Part shown: positions 1 to 8,218 of the stretch, piece after piece
Numbering within the stretch: position 1 is the stretch's first letter
Layout: each line of letters starts with the position of its first letter
Assembly (NCBI GenBank): GCA_964508365.1
Contig: CAZDTP010000019.1
Coordinates: 1 to 63,660 of the forward strand
DNA length: 63,660 bases
Direction: 5' to 3'
Source of the DNA: an uncultured archaeon
GTDB lineage: Archaea; Asgardarchaeota; Lokiarchaeia; Sigyniarchaeales; SOKP01
Notes under the pieces: model-generated
Databases searched by the model: none
Told to the model about the DNA's origin: nothing
What the model saw: the letters and a program-made list of their open reading frames with translations, nothing else
Program-made: the position numbers and the translations under genes

Positions 1-2
1 CC

Positions 3-656
3 TTTTGGTACGATTGGGATTTCAATTATATCGACACATGGACTACTAATCCAGGCGGCTTGGTTACAATAAATTTTACTGATTACTACTTTAAAGACTC
101 AGGAGAACCAGTATGGTCTATGGATGCTTTTCCCTCTGATATAAAAAGGGCTTGGTTCGATCTAGAAGTTTTTTATAAAGGATTTTTCGGTCCAATAGGC
201 CCGATAATTTCGCTTAATAACATATCCAATCGTGAGGCAGCGCTGCAAATGGGAATCGGATTCGGAGGACTCCAATCTGGTTTTATCATACCTTCAATTG
301 ATAACATAACTTTCATAAAAGAATTGGCTTTAGCTGCTGCTAATCTGGGTGAAGTCACGATCACTGAGACAGAATTAACAATAAAAATTAGTTACGATCA
401 GGTAGGTGGATTTGAGCAGAAGACACATTTAATTTACGAGAAGCGAACGGGACTTTTATTGTGGGCTAATACATCTATAAATCCATATGTTTTAGAGATG
501 AGTATTAACGGATTTTCTCCACCCGAAACACCCTCAACACCAACAACACCCAACGAATTGATACCTGCATTCCCAATTCTGTATCTCGGAATAATGATAG
601 TAGGTGCTGTAATACTGGTAACAGCGAAGACAAGCAAGAAGTTAAAGTTTATTTAA
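3..656 (+). CDS. C-terminal part of a surface/secreted protein with Pro/Thr linker and Loki-CTERM-like membrane anchor (5'-partial)
   Basis: Frame is open from the window edge (FWYDWDFNYIDTW...). It ends PPETPSTPTTPNE-LIPAFP, then a hydrophobic helix and KTSKKLK. Confidence 0.7.
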   Translation, partial: FWYDWDFNYIDTWTTNPGGLVTINFTDYYFKDSGEPVWSMDAFPSDIKRAWFDLEVFYKGFFGPIGPIISLNNISNREAALQMGIGFGGLQSGFIIPSIDNITFIKELALAAANLGEVTITETELTIKISYDQVGGFEQKTHLIYEKRTGLLLWANTSINPYVLEMSINGFSPPETPSTPTTPNELIPAFPILYLGIMIVGAVILVTAKTSKKLKFI

Positions 657-688
657 AATTTTTATTTTTATATTTTTGGGAAGATTTT

Positions 689-1072
689 ATGAGAAAGAAA
701 GTAAAAATTACGCTTATTATCATTGTTGGAGTATCGTTACTAGCGTCTTTACTTATTTTTAATTTAAGTTTGTACAAAAAACCCGAGACTTTAGAATCCG
801 TTAATAATATATCTCTAACAGTAGACTTTAATAATGGAACAGTCAAGACAAGATTAAATTTTACTCTTGATAGTGGAAAAACTACCGCTTTAGATGCATT
901 AGATATGTGGTGTGAAATCGATTATGACGACTTTGGTTGGGGAATTATCGTAAGAGAAATTGACAAAGTAAGAGGCTTTTGGATATACAAAATTAATGGT
1001 TTAAGCCCTAGTGTTGGGGCTTCGGTATATACTTTGAAAGATGGAGATTTAATTGAATGGCAACGCGTATAA
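689..1072 (+). CDS. Membrane-anchored DUF4430 (transcobalamin C-terminal-like beta-grasp) protein
   Basis: N-terminal TM helix; TALDAL...WIYKING...VGASVYTLKDGDLIEW pattern typical of DUF4430. Confidence 0.7.
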   Translation: MRKKVKITLIIIVGVSLLASLLIFNLSLYKKPETLESVNNISLTVDFNNGTVKTRLNFTLDSGKTTALDALDMWCEIDYDDFGWGIIVREIDKVRGFWIYKINGLSPSVGASVYTLKDGDLIEWQRV

Positions 1073-1100
1073 AAATAAACACGCTTATTTCTAAACAAAA

Positions 1101-1538
1101 TCACATTGTATGCAATTCTCGCGTTTCAATTCTCTTAAGAATGGGTTCCATTTCTCTAAAGGATTTACGTATTTTGTGGAAATAGTAGCCCAACTTATAT
1201 CCTTTTTTGCAATTGGTAAATAGTATGAAATTATTATCTGCATCGCCAACTAATATAATAGTGTAACCTTTTACTCCCCTAATCACGATTTCTCTTAGTT
1301 CTCCTTGACCCAAGCCACTACTAATTTTTTCTCCCAACGAAATTAAAGTAGCAGGACTCGCACTATAAATATCTGCTACCACATCAGCAGTTTCAGAGCT
1401 AGCTATTCTTAATCCCGTTTTTGAGACAATTGCGCTTCCCTCCAAGTCTGTGGAACTTTCTAATTGTTCTAAATTGCGCATTATTTCTGCTAATAATTCA
1501 CGATCGATGTTAATTTCCGACGTTTGAATTTTTTCCAT
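1101..1538 (-). CDS. Roadblock/LC7 domain protein
   Basis: LEGSAIVSKTGLRIAS...ELREIVIRGVKGYTIIL...LGY pattern of roadblock/MglB proteins. Confidence 0.8.
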   Translation of the reverse strand: MEKIQTSEINIDRELLAEIMRNLEQLESSTDLEGSAIVSKTGLRIASSETADVVADIYSASPATLISLGEKISSGLGQGELREIVIRGVKGYTIILVGDADNNFILFTNCKKGYKLGYYFHKIRKSFREMEPILKRIETRELHTM

Positions 1539-1564
1539 TTTTTCACCTCAATTAATAATATACA

Positions 1565-3007
1565 TTAATTTAGCAAATTTAAATCTTTTTTAGATTTCAA
1601 TATAAAACTCCTTAATTCTTTTAGAGCAACTATATCCCCTTTTTCTACGGTTTTACTTTTATCTTCAATAGTTACGATCACTAAACCTTTAGTTCCAAAT
1701 GTATCCACAATTTTAGAAAACGGAGGTTCCAACTTTCGACCGATTATTTTTTTTGCTCCCTCAATACTTTGGGCTAGACCGCGACAAACGACCCCTTGGG
1801 GGTGCTCTGAATTTTGAACGAATCCTTTTTTCAATTTGTATTTATATAAAATAGGTGGTTTATGGAGAATTTTAATCAATTCAGCAGCCCCAAGTATCCT
1901 TAAAGTTGTTGGTGGAAGATCGAATCTGCTAATCAATAGTGTTGATCTTTCTTTATTAAAGAAGACCTTCTCATTTAACCATAGGTAGGCATTATAATTT
2001 TTTAATTCTCCAGTTCTCTCTAATTGAATCTTATTTTGGTTATCTTCATAATATGGAAATAAATATCCCGTTAATGTGAACATACCTATTGTTACATGAA
2101 CTTGAGTACCAAAATGGGTAACATGTTTAAATAGTTTATTCTGATTCACTCGAACTTCGACTAAATCGCCTAACTCGAACGAATTCTTATTATCTGTAGC
2201 ATAACAACCACGGTATACTTTTTTAATATCTAATCCCTTTAAATTAATTCCAACCCTATCTCCTGCTTTAGCAGATCCAACTTCCTGATGAAAAGTTTGA
2301 ATAGACTTCACCCTACCTGATGTGTTAACTGGTATAACATCTAAATTCTGATTAATATCCAATTTCCCTTTTAATATTGTCCCCGTTATTATCGCTCCTC
2401 GTCCCTTTATTGAAAAATGATGATCTATTGGGATTATTACGCTACCTTCATAGTCCCTGTTAATGTTTAATCTCTTGATTTTCTCTAAAATCCCTAATTT
2501 TAAATCCTCAAATCCACTCTGTTCTTTAGCTGAAACTGTATAAATGGGTATTTCTGAGCCATAAGAAGTAGATTTAAAAAAATCTCTTATTTTTTCAACT
2601 TCACTATCAATATCTCCCTTGAATAGATCAGCTTTATTTAGTATAACGATAACATCTTTTATGTTGAGTGAATCAATCATTATAAGATGTTCTCCAGTTT
2701 GAATCTGAGGTCCCTTATTGATGTCAATTACTATTAAAGCACAATCTATTATTTCTACTGAAGCTGCGGATATTTTAATTAGATCGGCGTGTCCTGGTCC
2801 ATCAACTAAAGTTATTAAATAATCGTCTAGAATGAAACTGGTAAATCCCAGGTCTATAGTAATTCCCCTCTCTTTACTCTGTGGATGTGCATCAATTCCT
2901 GCAGTTGAAATTATTTCACTTAGCACAGAAGCGATCGCAGTTTTACCACTATCTATGTGCCCAAATAAACCTAAATGAATAGGCACTTTCTTCTCAATTT
3001 CTAACAT
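1565..3007 (-). CDS. selB: Selenocysteine-specific translation elongation factor SelB/eEFSec-like
   Basis: GHIDSGKT, RGITIDLGF, DGPGH and NKAD GTPase motifs; IPIDHHFSIKGRGAIITGT domain II; tRNA-Sec and SepSecS lie nearby. Confidence 0.93.
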   Translation of the reverse strand: MLEIEKKVPIHLGLFGHIDSGKTAIASVLSEIISTAGIDAHPQSKERGITIDLGFTSFILDDYLITLVDGPGHADLIKISAASVEIIDCALIVIDINKGPQIQTGEHLIMIDSLNIKDVIVILNKADLFKGDIDSEVEKIRDFFKSTSYGSEIPIYTVSAKEQSGFEDLKLGILEKIKRLNINRDYEGSVIIPIDHHFSIKGRGAIITGTILKGKLDINQNLDVIPVNTSGRVKSIQTFHQEVGSAKAGDRVGINLKGLDIKKVYRGCYATDNKNSFELGDLVEVRVNQNKLFKHVTHFGTQVHVTIGMFTLTGYLFPYYEDNQNKIQLERTGELKNYNAYLWLNEKVFFNKERSTLLISRFDLPPTTLRILGAAELIKILHKPPILYKYKLKKGFVQNSEHPQGVVCRGLAQSIEGAKKIIGRKLEPPFSKIVDTFGTKGLVIVTIEDKSKTVEKGDIVALKELRSFILKSKKDLNLLN

Positions 3008-3081
3008 CTGAACAACAAGTCAAAACCAAATAATTCTATAATGTGATTTATTAGTTATTTAAAGTTAATATTTTTTAATAT

Positions 3082-3117
3082 AAAAAATACTTAAAGATAA
3101 ATCGTAATTTTAAAGCT
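3082..3117 (+). repeat. Intergenic ~36-bp imperfect direct repeat, copy 1 (copy 2 at 4771-4807)
   Basis: aaaaaatacttaaagataaat-cgtaattttaaagct vs aaaaaatactaaaagataaatccgtacttttaaagct (3 differences). Confidence 0.65.
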
Positions 3118-3474
3118 TTTTACATAAGAACTCTTATGGAATCATTTATGAAAGAGAAACACATTAACTTATTGTATAGGTTTGCAAATTATAACGATTG
3201 GGTATTGCTTTTAGACGAATAATACTACTTAAACATCGATTTAGCTTCTCTTGGAGGTTCTACAACTTTTAGTAGATAAAATTTTTTATGTTTTTTTAAA
3301 TAATATATACATTCTTGATAAGAAAAGTTTACAAAATATGCCAAGAAATCTTTACAAAATGTTAAAAATTATGGGAAAACATTATTTGTTAATTGTTCTA
3401 AAGGTGGACCAATTCATTTAAAAATCACATAGGTTTATTTCTTACTATAAGATAGCAATAAATAAACAGAACCC

Positions 3475-3888
3475 ATGCGAAAAAGTGTATTTAATAATCA
3501 AAATAATGGTGGCTCTAAAAGACTCATAGAGAGAAAAAAGTTAATTGGTTTAATTATAATATTAGTCGTTGTTATTTCTATTCTGGCAATTCCTCTAATT
3601 CTTGTCGCTTCTGATATATTTAAAACCTTTTTTTATAGTAGGTATCACCCTTGCGAAACGCTTCCAGATATAGAAACAGCACAACAAATTATAGATGATC
3701 ATCAGGATGTTATTGATGCTATTGAAAATATTCATCCTGATTGTATTGATGTATACTTGGAAGAGAGGTGTGAAGGGAAGGGGGAATTAGTTATATATTA
3801 TTGCACAATCGATCAACAAATAGAAATATTGGAAATAATTGGTAATGGTACTTTTTTTGGAGTGCCTTTCAGAATGGTTAATACCTAA
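3475..3888 (+). CDS. Hypothetical membrane-anchored protein
   Basis: 137-aa ORF with one N-terminal hydrophobic helix and an acidic Cys-containing soluble domain. Confidence 0.7.
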   Translation: MRKSVFNNQNNGGSKRLIERKKLIGLIIILVVVISILAIPLILVASDIFKTFFYSRYHPCETLPDIETAQQIIDDHQDVIDAIENIHPDCIDVYLEERCEGKGELVIYYCTIDQQIEILEIIGNGTFFGVPFRMVNT

Positions 3889-3951
3889 AGTTTTATGTAA
3901 GTATCAATACATTAAATTATTGAATATGAGCTAAAAAAAAATAAAAAACCG

Positions 3952-4689
3952 ATGAATCCCAATTTAATTTCCAAAATTAAATACTTTCTTTTATTTCCAA
4001 TCACCCTAATATCTGTACTTTTAGTGATATTAATAAATCTATATCAAAATTTAATAGAATTAGGTTATCCAATTGAAGACGATCAACATGAGTTTGATAT
4101 AGTATTTGTTTTGCTTAATCCAAATTTCATTCTAATTCTCATAATTGTAGTATCGTCATCCTTGATATTTATCGTCTCTATTGCCGCTGTTCTTTCTCTA
4201 AATGACTACAAATATTACTGTAAAAAAAGAAGGGCTCAAATTTACCAAAACCACAATTTATCGTTTGATGAGATTTTTGAAAGTGAAATTCGTAAGAAAA
4301 TAATAGATACAATTCTTAAAGAACCAGGAATTCATCATAACGATCTCCTTAGAAAATGCAAAATACATAGGGGGCAATTGCAATGGCATTTATCTGTGTT
4401 AATTCAATTCAATATTATAAGAAAGGAAAAATTAGGACAATATTCAATATTTTATCCAATTGATTATGAAGATCAAAACATAGATTCCAAAAAGTCTCTT
4501 CTTGGGTCAAAACAGAGTAGAAAAATCTTGGATTTGATTGAATCTCAACCAGGGATTTATTCAAGTAAAATTGCCCATCGACTAAATTTGAAGAGAAACT
4601 CAGTAAAATACCATATTGACAAACTTTTGACAAATCATTTGATATTTGTGAAAACAGAAGGTCGCAGGAAATACTTATTTCCAACATAA
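3952..4689 (+). CDS. Membrane-anchored double winged-helix transcriptional regulator
   Basis: Two N-terminal TM segments; two wHTH units (EPGIHHNDL...QLQWHLSVL; QPGIYSSKIA...SVKYHIDKL). Confidence 0.75.
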   Translation: MNPNLISKIKYFLLFPITLISVLLVILINLYQNLIELGYPIEDDQHEFDIVFVLLNPNFILILIIVVSSSLIFIVSIAAVLSLNDYKYYCKKRRAQIYQNHNLSFDEIFESEIRKKIIDTILKEPGIHHNDLLRKCKIHRGQLQWHLSVLIQFNIIRKEKLGQYSIFYPIDYEDQNIDSKKSLLGSKQSRKILDLIESQPGIYSSKIAHRLNLKRNSVKYHIDKLLTNHLIFVKTEGRRKYLFPT

Positions 4690-4770
4690 GATGTTTATTT
4701 GAACTAAATTCATGAAACTGAGATTTTTCATCTATATCTTTTTTTTTTATAAATTTATCTTTTTTAATAA

Positions 4771-4807
4771 AAAAAATACTAAAAGATAAATCCGTACTTT
4801 TAAAGCT
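4771..4807 (+). repeat. Intergenic imperfect direct repeat, copy 2 (copy 1 at 3082-3117)
   Basis: See copy 1. Confidence 0.65.
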
Positions 4808-4896
4808 GGTATAGATTTTAATTATTGGACTCCAATAAAATTTAATTACAAATGTAATATCTTTTTATTATATCTTATTTTAATACTTTCCGAAAA

Positions 4897-5784
4897 GTGA
4901 GAAGGTTTATGGCAAAATATTGCGTCTATTGCGGGAATCCTCTAAAAAGTGAGGATAAATTTTGTATTATCTGTGGGAAACCAGTGTTAGCTGGGGTTAA
5001 AAAATCAGAAAAAACTGAAGTTGAGAAAGCTAAAGAATTAATTAAGGAAAAGAAAACACCCAAGGAAGAAATCGTAGAAGAAAGTTTTGAAGAGGATGAG
5101 GACGAAGATTTATCTGAAAAACCGGATAAGAAAACGAAAAAGAAAAAGGATAAAAAAGATGAGGAGGTTCAGGTTGAGAAACCTCTCCCGTTTGAAGTAA
5201 AAGAACAGATGGTATTAAACATTGAATACAATGATATTAAATTAAATAAAGAAATCTTAATTGATAAACTAAAGGAAATTCAAAAAGAAATAAAAGATCC
5301 CAGATACGATGTAGATGAAGAATATAATAAATCGATTAACATAAAAGTTACAGCGATAAAAACTTTAATATCAGAGCTAAAACAGAAAGAAAGCGAATTA
5401 GATGCAAAGATGGATAAACCCTTCATAGTTCAGAGAATTCAAGACGATATAGATAAGAAAATTTATCAATTGAAAAACCTCTCAAAGGAATTTAAACTCC
5501 ATAAAGTTGACAAAGAATCGTTTGAAAAATTACGAGAAAAATATAAAGAAGAAAAAGCGAATCTCGATTCTGAGAGGAAGGATTTAGTAGTAGGTATGAA
5601 ACTTTGGATTAAAGAACTAAAAATCGAAAAAGTTGAAATTCATGCCGAAAAAAATCTTAACAAAGGAAGATTTTCAGCAAAAGAAATTTCTGAAGAAGCT
5701 TATGAAGCAAAAAACAAGGAATTTGAGATAAAAGTTAAAAAGATCGATCTTAAGATCAAGACTTTAGAAGATCTTACGAAGTAA
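4897..5784 (+). CDS. Zinc-ribbon protein with CdvA-like coiled-coil C-terminus (start possibly ATG 4909)
   Basis: CVYCG...KFCIICG at the N-terminus; charged linker; heptad-rich C-terminus with two helix-turn units (HKVDKESF, KEISEEAY). Confidence 0.6.
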   Translation: MRRFMAKYCVYCGNPLKSEDKFCIICGKPVLAGVKKSEKTEVEKAKELIKEKKTPKEEIVEESFEEDEDEDLSEKPDKKTKKKKDKKDEEVQVEKPLPFEVKEQMVLNIEYNDIKLNKEILIDKLKEIQKEIKDPRYDVDEEYNKSINIKVTAIKTLISELKQKESELDAKMDKPFIVQRIQDDIDKKIYQLKNLSKEFKLHKVDKESFEKLREKYKEEKANLDSERKDLVVGMKLWIKELKIEKVEIHAEKNLNKGRFSAKEISEEAYEAKNKEFEIKVKKIDLKIKTLEDLTK

Positions 5785-5976
5785 TCTAAACCTAAATTTT
5801 TAATTTATTTCTAATATTATTGCAACTGATAATTATGAGAAAAAAGCTAATAAGTTTTATAATTTTTATAATTGCCTTATCACTATTAACAATAGGGCTT
5901 GTGGGTGGTGAGTATCTTATTATTAATTCTCTTTACAATCAGATGAATATCATTCCCTGATTTGTTACAAAAAAAG

Positions 5977-6327
5977 TTAATCCCAGCGCTTTCCCTTACT
6001 TGATGCAACGGAATTCTCTAAAAATCCTTTCTTTTGGTATACTTTTTCTTGGGATTTTCTATACTTATTAGCGTCTTTATAATGTAATTTACAAAGATAA
6101 ATTTTGTGTTGTTTATTCTCTATGTATTTTAATTCCGCTTTCTCTACGTACGACTTCCATTTATTTTCCGAGAGCGATCTTATTGCAATTTCTTTACACC
6201 CTTTGATAGAACAGTTTTTAGCTTTGCTTGCAGTAGCGCTTAGGTCACCTTTTTCTCTAAGTTCTTTAGGTAGCTTCACTTTTAACCACTTTCTAAATAT
6301 TTTATTACGAACAAATATTATAATCAT
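5977..6327 (-). CDS. Conserved archaeal hypothetical small zinc-binding protein (true start probably an internal GTG)
   Basis: CSIKGC...RS...IYLCKLHYK pattern. Confidence 0.65.
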   Translation of the reverse strand: MIIIFVRNKIFRKWLKVKLPKELREKGDLSATASKAKNCSIKGCKEIAIRSLSENKWKSYVEKAELKYIENKQHKIYLCKLHYKDANKYRKSQEKVYQKKGFLENSVASSKGKRWD

Positions 6328-6363
6328 AATATATTTACCATCTTAAATTTTTTCCTAAAACAA

Positions 6364-7068
6364 ATGGATTCTTTAATTTTCAACGAAACTCTCATCAAGA
6401 GTAAACTTTTCAGTTGCGATTCACCTTCACGTATTTCACTAAATGACGATTTTTTTACAAGGTCGGCAGTGCTTTTTTCAATAATTCCTTACGAAAACAA
6501 ACCTTACGACTTAATTCTCATTCATCGTTCGAACTTGGGAACAAGGCATAGGGGTGAAATGTCATTTCCTGGAGGAAAATTTGAAAAAAATAAGGATAAA
6601 ACATTAAAGGATACCGCACTACGAGAAACTGGAGAAGAAATTGGAGTATCTAAGGAAGATATAAAAATTATTGGGTGTCTTGATGACTTCCCAACTATGA
6701 CCAAGTATATTATTACTCCTTTTGTGGCGGTTATTGATAAAAATCAACAGCTAATAAGGGAAGAAAGAGAAGTCCAAAGAATATTGAAAATTCCTATAGA
6801 CTTTTTCACTAGTAAAACTCAATTTCGAGAACAAGCTATTGATGTTGATGGTAATAAATTTCCAGTTTTTTATTTTAATTACTTTGATAAAGACAATGAT
6901 CAAAAATATACTGTATGGGGAGCAACTGCCTATATGATCGTGACTTTTATTGAAACCATATACGGTTTTTCGCTATCGAGCTTAGGACTTAAACGATTTA
7001 AGCTAGAAAAGATCAAAGATTTGAAAGAGTACATAAAATACAGGGACAGGATAACTAAAAAGTTTTAA
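6364..7068 (+). CDS. Nudix hydrolase, CoA pyrophosphatase-like (paralog 1)
   Basis: RHRGEMSFPGGK...TALRETGEEIG Nudix box; VWGATA motif. Confidence 0.9.
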   Translation: MDSLIFNETLIKSKLFSCDSPSRISLNDDFFTRSAVLFSIIPYENKPYDLILIHRSNLGTRHRGEMSFPGGKFEKNKDKTLKDTALRETGEEIGVSKEDIKIIGCLDDFPTMTKYIITPFVAVIDKNQQLIREEREVQRILKIPIDFFTSKTQFREQAIDVDGNKFPVFYFNYFDKDNDQKYTVWGATAYMIVTFIETIYGFSLSSLGLKRFKLEKIKDLKEYIKYRDRITKKF

Positions 7069-7101
7069 TTAATTAGCCAAATATGTGAAGAGAGTTTAAC
7101 G

Positions 7102-7770
7102 ATGGATTTTATTTTTAACGAAAAACTAATCAGAACGAAATTGAAAGATTTTGATTCTCTTGATCGCCTTGTTCTTTCTCACAATAATTTTATTAATTCC
7201 GCCGTCGTATTTCTAATTATTCCCTACAACGATAAACCATACGATTTAGTTTTAATTCGAAGAACTAAAAGCACTACTGATAAACACTCTGGTGAGATGT
7301 CGTTTCCTGGAGGAAAATTCGATCAAGCATTAGACACCTCTTATTTAGATACAGCCCTACGAGAACTAGACGAAGAACTTGGAGTCCCCCGAACCAAGGT
7401 TAGTATTTTAGGTAGCATTGACGACCACCTTACACCTAAAGGTTTTATTATAACTGCCTTTGTTGCTTTTATTAGTCAGGACACAAAAATGGTAAAACAG
7501 GATAGCGAAGTAAAGGAAATAGTTAAAATCCCTATAACATTTTTTGCGGATAAAAAGAAATTCAGGGAAAGAACATATAAACTCAAAGACGACCTAATTG
7601 GTGTCGGTAAATATAACTATTTCTCTTCAGATAGTAAAAAATATGTCATATTTGGAGCGACTTCTCATATAATTGTAAATTTTATAGATACCGTCTATAA
7701 TCTGGGTCTAATGACGCCTGGTTGTCGTCGAATTAATTGCGAGGATATTAAAGACAGAATAATACCCTAG
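7102..7770 (+). CDS. Nudix hydrolase, CoA pyrophosphatase-like (paralog 2)
   Basis: KHSGEMSFPGGK...TALRELDEELG; IFGATS motif. Confidence 0.9.
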   Translation: MDFIFNEKLIRTKLKDFDSLDRLVLSHNNFINSAVVFLIIPYNDKPYDLVLIRRTKSTTDKHSGEMSFPGGKFDQALDTSYLDTALRELDEELGVPRTKVSILGSIDDHLTPKGFIITAFVAFISQDTKMVKQDSEVKEIVKIPITFFADKKKFRERTYKLKDDLIGVGKYNYFSSDSKKYVIFGATSHIIVNFIDTVYNLGLMTPGCRRINCEDIKDRIIP

Positions 7771-8043
7771 TAATTGAAATATTGTTATTAAAAACTTCAT
7801 GGTATCATGTTTTAGTAAGGTAGAACGCCTATTTACAAGTTTGGGGTTTGAAAGATTTCAATATGAGGTAATTCAACTTTTTAAAAGCTAATTGATCTAT
7901 TTTTTTCTACTGTAACTACTTTTTTATTTTTTCACTAATCTAAATTTAAAGAGCTTTTAATCAACAAAAATCAGATAATTAAATAATAATCGAAAAATTC
8001 AATTAAAATAACTAATAATATACTTTAAAGAAAATTTTTTTAT

Positions 8044-8194
8044 GGCCCCCGGCGGTCGGGGTGGTCCCAGACGCTGGGCTTCAAAACCTTTATAACAGCT
8101 ATAAATGAAGAAACCCAGTTATCCTGCGGAGGGATAGGGGTTCGATACGGACAAAGGCTTCCTTTTTCCAAGAAAATCCCCCTGGGGGCCGCCA
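8044..8194 (+). tRNA. selC: tRNA-Sec (anticodon UCA) with two introns: 8085-8112 (37/38, 28 nt) and ~8147-8176 (T-loop 59/60, 30 nt)
   Basis: 9-bp acceptor GGCCCCCGG/CTGGGGGCC; long D-stem GTCGGGG/CCCAGAC; anticodon arm CTGGG-CTTCAAA-CCCAG; long variable arm; 4-bp T-stem GGGG/CCCC; ends GCCA; mature length 93 nt; 24 nt upstream of SepSecS. Confidence 0.92.
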
Positions 8195-8218
8195 TATTTG
8201 CATTTTAAGTAAAAATCC

